Under the pieces are notes generated by a model that searched no databases, was not told where the DNA came from, and worked only from the letters and a program-made list of their open reading frames with translations. A stretch of DNA of 64,000 nucleotides from Octopus sinensis (taxonomy: Eukaryota). Below are positions 57,477-64,000 of the stretch, in pieces (the stretch's first letter is position 1; each line of letters begins with the position of its first letter). The DNA lies in NCBI RefSeq assembly GCF_006345805.1, contig NC_043007.1, forward strand, positions 67,580,001-67,644,000, given 5' to 3'. Both the position numbers and the translations under genes were made by a program.

Positions 57477-59315
57477 AGAGAGAGTGTGTGTGTGGGAAAG
57501 AGTCCTATTGCTATAATATTTATGTGTGTTACTCAGGAATTATGAACTTAAGGAAAGAACTGCGTAAAAGATCTTAAAAAGAAAATACAGTTGCCATGCA
57601 ACAGACATAAAGAGGGGTGGCGTCGGAGGAGGAGGAAGGAAAGTGAAATAAATAAATAAAGCTATTACAATCTGAGTAGGTTGGTAAAGATTTTTATATC
57701 AATGCTGGGAGATTATTCCAAATGACTGAACTATATTAGTTTTTTTTTTCCTCCCGCCACCAAGTCCTTATGTTATATGCACAGCAGTATGGAGGGTTTA
57801 AGCTGGTTGGTGGTTCTCTATATCAGGTCACCAGATAAAGGGTGGCGGGGAAAAAAGGGTAGGTTGTCTACTCACTACTCATGTCTCCAAAACAGGTCCA
57901 CCACCCTGCTGCCCCCCACCCACCCCCAGGACATAAGAATGTGTTCTTGTTTCTGTACTATACAATTCCTGAACATTATTTCCTACAAGTCAGAACCAAA
58001 GCATATGGTTTTGATCCCAGACCTCAGACACAGACACTCACCCAATTGCACACGCACGCACACACACAATCTTTGCATCTTTGTGTTTAAAAGATCTCTC
58101 GTACATGACATCTGAACTATTTCTTTTTAAAACTGACATTCTTTCCTCCTTGATATAGTGTGTGTGTGTGTAAGGAGAAAATCCATTAAATCTGAACATG
58201 TGCAGTCGCATACATGTAGGCACAGTCATAGTTGTATGATTAAGAAGTGTATTTTCCAACCATGAGTTTTCAGGTTCCATCTCACAGTGTGTCACATTGG
58301 TCAAAGGTCAATTAGAGTTACTCTTTTACTTGTTTCAGTCATTTGACTGTGGCCATGCTGGAGCACCACCTTTAGTGAAGCAAATCGATCCCAGGACTTA
58401 TTCTATTGGTATTTTTTGCCGAACTGCTAATTTATGGGGACGTAAACACACCAACATCGGTTGTCAAGCAATGTTGGGGGGACAAAACACATATATACGA
58501 CGGGCTTCTTTCAGTTTCCATCTACCAAATCCACTCACAAGGCTTTGGTCAGCCCAAGGCTTTAGTAGAAGACACTTGCCCAAGGTGCCATGCAGTGGGA
58601 CTGAACCCGGAACCATGTGGTTGGTAAGCAAGCTACTTACCACACAGCCACTCCGCCTATAGTTATGTGTAAAGTGTAGCTTGTGCGAATTTCTGAATGG
58701 TATGTATGATTTCACAAGGAAAATAACTTACACATAAGTATTTTAAAACACACACATAAACTAGTTCCTTCCATCAGACTTAACCTTCTCTCACTACCTC
58801 ACCGAAAATCATCACACACACACACACACACACACAATTATAGGGGTAATTTTCGAGTCCTTTAGTCTTGCCAGTTGCAAGATAACTTCATTAGTGGTGG
58901 AGCTGTGAGAACAAAAATAAGCATCCAGAACACTCTGTAAAGTGGTTAGCATGAGGGAGGGCATCTAACCATATTACTACATTCATCTAACCCATGATAG
59001 TATAGAAAATTGGACATAAAGCAAATGGATACACAACTCATACACATATATGTATGTGAAGGCATGTGACCTAGTGGTTACGGTGTTGCACTCATGAATG
59101 CTAGATATATACACACACACACACACACACGCACACATACATATATATAAATTAGAAGAAAACCACCTTTTATCAATTCAACAATGAAAATCTAAATTAC
59201 AACATATAGAAAAAAATTACATCCTATAGAAAAAATTAAATATAAGACAAAAACATATACCAATGATTAAGTAATGTACAAAATAATAATAAATAAAATG
59301 TATATAATTGGTAAA

Positions 59316-59400
59316 ATGACTACACATGTTTTGTGGCTATATTTAAGAACTGATAACAGTAAAATCAATTCAATTTAAATATAGCCACTCTTCAGGTTAC
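59316..59400 (-). ncRNA. Degenerate minimal (type I) hammerhead ribozyme
   Basis: Minus strand: GUAAC-CUGAAGA-14-bp perfect stem II (GUGGCUAUAUUUAA/UUAAAUAUAGCCAC)-AAAA (G12 to A)-C-AUGU-GUA-GUCAU. Confidence 0.65.
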
Positions 59401-59752
59401 AGATAGAAACAATAAAATAATTAAATAAATAAATATATGTATATAATCTTGTAAAATATGAAATATCTTAAATATATTCTGGTGTAAATAAAAATAGAAT
59501 AAATAGGTATAAATATTTATTATATCTGTAAAAATAAAATTTTAACTTATATAAGAAAAGAATAAACTATAATATATCATTACTAGAAAATTAAAATGCA
59601 ATTTCCGAAATTATTTAAAACAAATATATATATATCTAATACAAAATATACATTAAGTGAAAACTAAAATACTATAATATAATCTATATACATTAAATTA
59701 AATTATTATTAATTTATTTTATAAACATCTAAGTTAAATCTTATTCTAATTA

Positions 59753-59754
<2 letters not shown>

Positions 59755-59793
<39 letters not shown>

Positions 59794-59798
59794 TATAC

Positions 59799-59841
<43 letters not shown>

Positions 59842-59850
59842 CGTATATAC

Positions 59851-59893
<43 letters not shown>

Positions 59894-59895
59894 CG

Positions 59896-59941
<46 letters not shown>

Positions 59942-60060
59942 CGTATATACATACATATATAAATACATATATACATACATATATACATACAAACATAAAT
60001 ACATATATACATATATATATACATACATACATATATATATACACACACACACACATGTGC
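59755..60060. repeat. (TA)n/(TACA)n satellite
   Basis: Direct inspection. Confidence 0.9.
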
Positions 60061-61374
60061 ACATAAACACACTGTTTTTACATTTTGGGTTCAAATTCTG
60101 CCGCAGTCAACTCTGCCTTTCATCCTTTTGGGGTAGACAAAATAAGTACCAGTTGAGCACTGGGATCATGGTAATCGACTTAACCCTATTCTGAAATAAC
60201 TAGCCTTGTGTCAAAATCTGAAACCTTATTACTATTAAGTTGGTGCCCTTTCATCCTTTCCCGGTTGACAAAATAGTACCAATTAAATACTGGGTGTCAA
60301 TGTAATTGACTAGCTCCCTCCTGCAAATTTCAGGCCTCAGAAAGAATTTTTAAGGCAGCAAACATACAGAATCATTAGACAAAGGAATGGCATTTTGTCT
60401 GCCTTTACATTCTGAGTTCAAATTCTGCTGAAATAAGTATCAGTTGGGGACTGGGGCAATGTAATCGCCTAGTCCCCTCTCTCAAAAATTCAGGCTTTGT
60501 ACCTATTGTAGGAAGGATGATTATTATTATCATCATAATTATCATTATTATTATTATTACCAATATGCACAGTAGTGGAAATGGTAGGCCTTTGAGATAG
60601 ATACCATATAATATTTAATCTTGCTAGAATTTCTGAGTTTAAATTCCCACTGGCATTAATTCCACCTTTTATCTACCCAGGGTCAATAAAATAATAGCAT
60701 TTATATACATGAACTCAGTTCAATTGACTAGACTCTTTCAGACAAATTTGTGGGTTTCTGCCAAAATAAAAAACAAAGTTGTTGTTACTACTACTACTAC
60801 TACTACTACAGGAGCCATCACGAAATTGTATATGAGTGGGGTAGTCTACTTGTTCTAAGTCCTCACGGGAATTAGTTTATTAATGAAGCTAAGGTTTTCA
60901 GAAAAGATATTGATGGTGAAACTTTCCATTTTCTCTCTCCTGAAACTATATGGCTTCATGCCTAATTAAAACATAATTAATATTGCCATTATTATTATTT
61001 TAGTATCTATTATTATTTTTAATATTATTATATTTACCCCTTCTCCTAAAACACATTTGTGCTAAGTCAAAAAAGAAATTTACCATATTACATCTTACAG
61101 AAAAAAAACAAAACAAAAAAAAAACCAGTAACAAACAAAAAGACCCTGCTCCAGAAATATGCCTTATGTCTTTTGTAGGATTATAAAGTTGGCGTTGGGA
61201 ACATAAATTAACACAGAGTTTTGAGGGTAGGATTATATTTAGAACTTTTTAAAACAGTAAGTTTATATCATAGTACCAGAGGCAGTTTCAGGATGGTTGG
61301 TATGAAAAGAATAAAAATCTTCTCAACAACATGGTTCTGGGTTCAATCCCACTGCATGGCACCTTGGGCAAGTG

Positions 61375-62255
61375 TCAATTATAGTGACCCCAGTACTCAA
61401 CTGGTACTTATTTTATCAACCCTGAAAGGATGAAAGGTAAAGTTAACCTAGGTGGAATTTGAACTCAGAACATAAAGATGAACTAAATAACCCTAAGCAT
61501 TTTGTCTGGCATGCTAACAATTCAACCAATTTGCCACCATATATATTAATAATAATAATCCTTTCTACTAAAGGCACAAAGCCTGAAATTTGGGGGAGGA
61601 GGATAGTCGATTACATTAAACCCAGTACTCAACTGGTACTTATTTTATCAACCCCTAAAGGACGAAAGGCAAAATCGACCTCAGTGGAATTTGAACTCAG
61701 AATGTAAGATGAACAAAATGTTGCTAAGCATTTTTCCCAGCGTGCTAACAATTCTGCCAGTTTGCCATCTTGTATAATAATAACAATTATAATCCTTTCT
61801 ACTGGAGACCCAAGGCCTCAAATTTAAGTGGAGAAGACTAATTGATTACATTGATCCCAGTGTTTGACTAGTACTTAATTTATCAACCCCGAAAGGATAA
61901 CAGGCAAAGTCAACCTCAGCAGAATTTGAACTCAGAATGTAGTGGCTGATGAAATACTATTAAGCATTTCACTTGGCGGGCTAACGATTCTGCTAGCTCG
62001 CTGCCTTAATAATAATAATCTTATCTACTAAAGGTGTAAGGCCTGAAATTTTGTGGGAGGGGACTAGTTGATAACATTGACCCCAGTGCTACAATGGTAC
62101 TTAATTTATTGACCTGAAAGGGACAAAAGACCAAGTCAACCTCAGTGGAATTTGAACTCAGAATGCAGTGACCGATGAAATACCGCTAAGTATTTCACCT
62201 AGTGTGCTAACGATCTTGCCAGCTCACTGCCTTAATAATAATAATAATAATAATA
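61375..62255 (-). mobile_element. Head-to-tail array of four family-D SINEs
   Basis: Units at ~61375, 61559, 61794 and 62020 separated by (AAT)n. Confidence 0.88.
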
Positions 62256-62811
62256 ATTTTTTACACCTGTGCAAGAGTACAGATTTATAATTGAATGAAA
62301 GGAGAGCTCAACTGTCCAGTTTCCAAGAGATGGTTGGCTGGCTCTTCAACTTTTGTACAGTCGAATGGCTCCCTTCAGTTGTAGACTGACAATAGTGGGA
62401 ACAGCAGTACATCACTCAGCCTAACATAGTTATACCTTCATGCGATACTATTACATTTATGTTTTATCTTTTGTATTATTATTTTACTTATACTTCAATA
62501 TTTTTATAATATTTTCTCTAAGAAACACACCCATATTTCGTGGTTTTGTTTGAAGTTCTCATAACAAATAAAGACAGCTTTATCGGTACTATCAATATTA
62601 TTGTTATTGTTGTTGCTGTTGTTATGATAATTCCCTAACATTTTAGAACATGTGGCACTTAAGGGGTTCTGTGGTGAGACATGGGAATACAAGTGTGGGG
62701 AAAGGGAGAAAATGAGTGGAAGAAAAATGGAATGCATTCTTATTTTCATGTTAATACACATAAAAAAGTAACACACACACATTTATTTGTATACATATGG
62801 ATTCTCTCTCT

Positions 62812-62853
<42 letters not shown>

Positions 62854-64000
62854 CGCACACACACACACACGTGCAGACATATACATGCAAGTATAGAACT
62901 ATACACACACATGCAGACTATACAAACAAAAACATACTTATACAAATACTGATACATATACGTGTGTGTGTGTGTGTGTGTGTGTGTGTAGTGCTGACAG
63001 ACAGACTGATACATTCTGACATAGATATAAAGTCACAAGCAAAAAAAATTCTTTCTACTTCAGAATAGGGGTCACCTAAATATTTAGTAAGGGATATTTT
63101 AGGGAGTAATAACAGATGAAATCTTACAGAAGCATCCAGGAAGGGGGACAGAATCAAGTTTACTGCTCACTATTCTAAGCTTAAATCCGGTTAATGATTC
63201 CTAGATGGCAAAGAGAGGAAATGGAATGGAGGTGCACATATTGGTAATGTGTTGAGGTTTTATTCAATTCCCTCAGCATCTATCCTTGTAAAATAAGCCC
63301 CATTTAGTTTCTGTTCCCCAAATTTCATAGCATGTTGTAGAGTTCATTCATTCAAAACATGACTGTTGCTTCTCCGAGTTTCTCACATTCATGTATATGT
63401 ATATGTATATACATGTATATGAGTCCCACCCATGCTAGTATGGAACATAAACATTAAAATGATGATGAAATGATGATGATGATGATGATGATAATGTGTG
63501 TGTGTGTGTGTTAGACTCCTTATTTTGACACTGTGTATTAGTTGGAAACAAGTGTCACTGCCATACAAGCAGTGTTCCTTGTTTCCAATCTTCTGTGAAA
63601 ACATGTCTGGCCATGGGGAAACATTACCTTGCTTGGAAACAAGTGAGGGTTGACATCTAGCCAAAGAAAATCTGCCTCAATGAATTCTGTCCAACCCATG
63701 CAAGCATGGAAAAATAGATGTTAAAATGATGATGATGATGATGAGCGGCTGTGTGGTAAGTAGCTTGTTTACCAACCACACGGTTCCGGGATCAGTCCCA
63801 CTGCGTGGCACCTTGGGCAAGTGTCTTCTACTATAGCCTCGGGCCGACCAAAGCCTTGTGAGTGGATTTGGTAGACGGAAACTGAAAGAAGCCCGTCGTA
63901 TATATGTATATATATATGTGTGTGTGTGTGTGTGTATATGTTTGTCCCCACCAGAAACAAGTAAATGAGTAAAGAGTGTATATATATATATGTATGTATA

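Noticed and set aside
57600-57930. GC-richer patch as promoter or first exon
   Set aside because: Too short; no CpG island, ORF or convincing splice signals.
44311-64000. First coding exon of the PLEKHD1-like gene (expected ..WKRPFG..KWSR)
   Set aside because: No matching minus-strand segment with a phase-2 donor was found by eye; probably beyond the window.

Overview
AT-rich, microsatellite- and SINE-dense animal genomic DNA whose repeat families resemble those I recall from Octopus (inference). The window is mostly the introns of one minus-strand gene. Reading splice sites by eye gives 13 phase-compatible coding exons (44310 down to 767) encoding 437 aa plus a stop: a PH domain followed by a long coiled coil, collinear with PLEKHD1 as I recall it. 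The first coding exon was not found and probably lies beyond 64000. The introns hold two large RTE-type LINEs (one with an uninterrupted 468-aa RT ORF carrying an internal PHD-like finger), decayed R4/Dong-like and CRE-like LINEs, a LINE 3' end with three C2H2 fingers, several mariner and Tigger/pogo relics, and dozens of tRNA-derived SINEs built from interchangeable heads and tails. Most notable: a ~450-bp inverted repeat enclosing a 92-nt coding exon, decayed hammerhead-ribozyme motifs in a Penelope-like repeat, a partial exon duplicate that could splice in frame, and direct evidence of SINE/LINE tail sharing. All alignments and identities are by eye.
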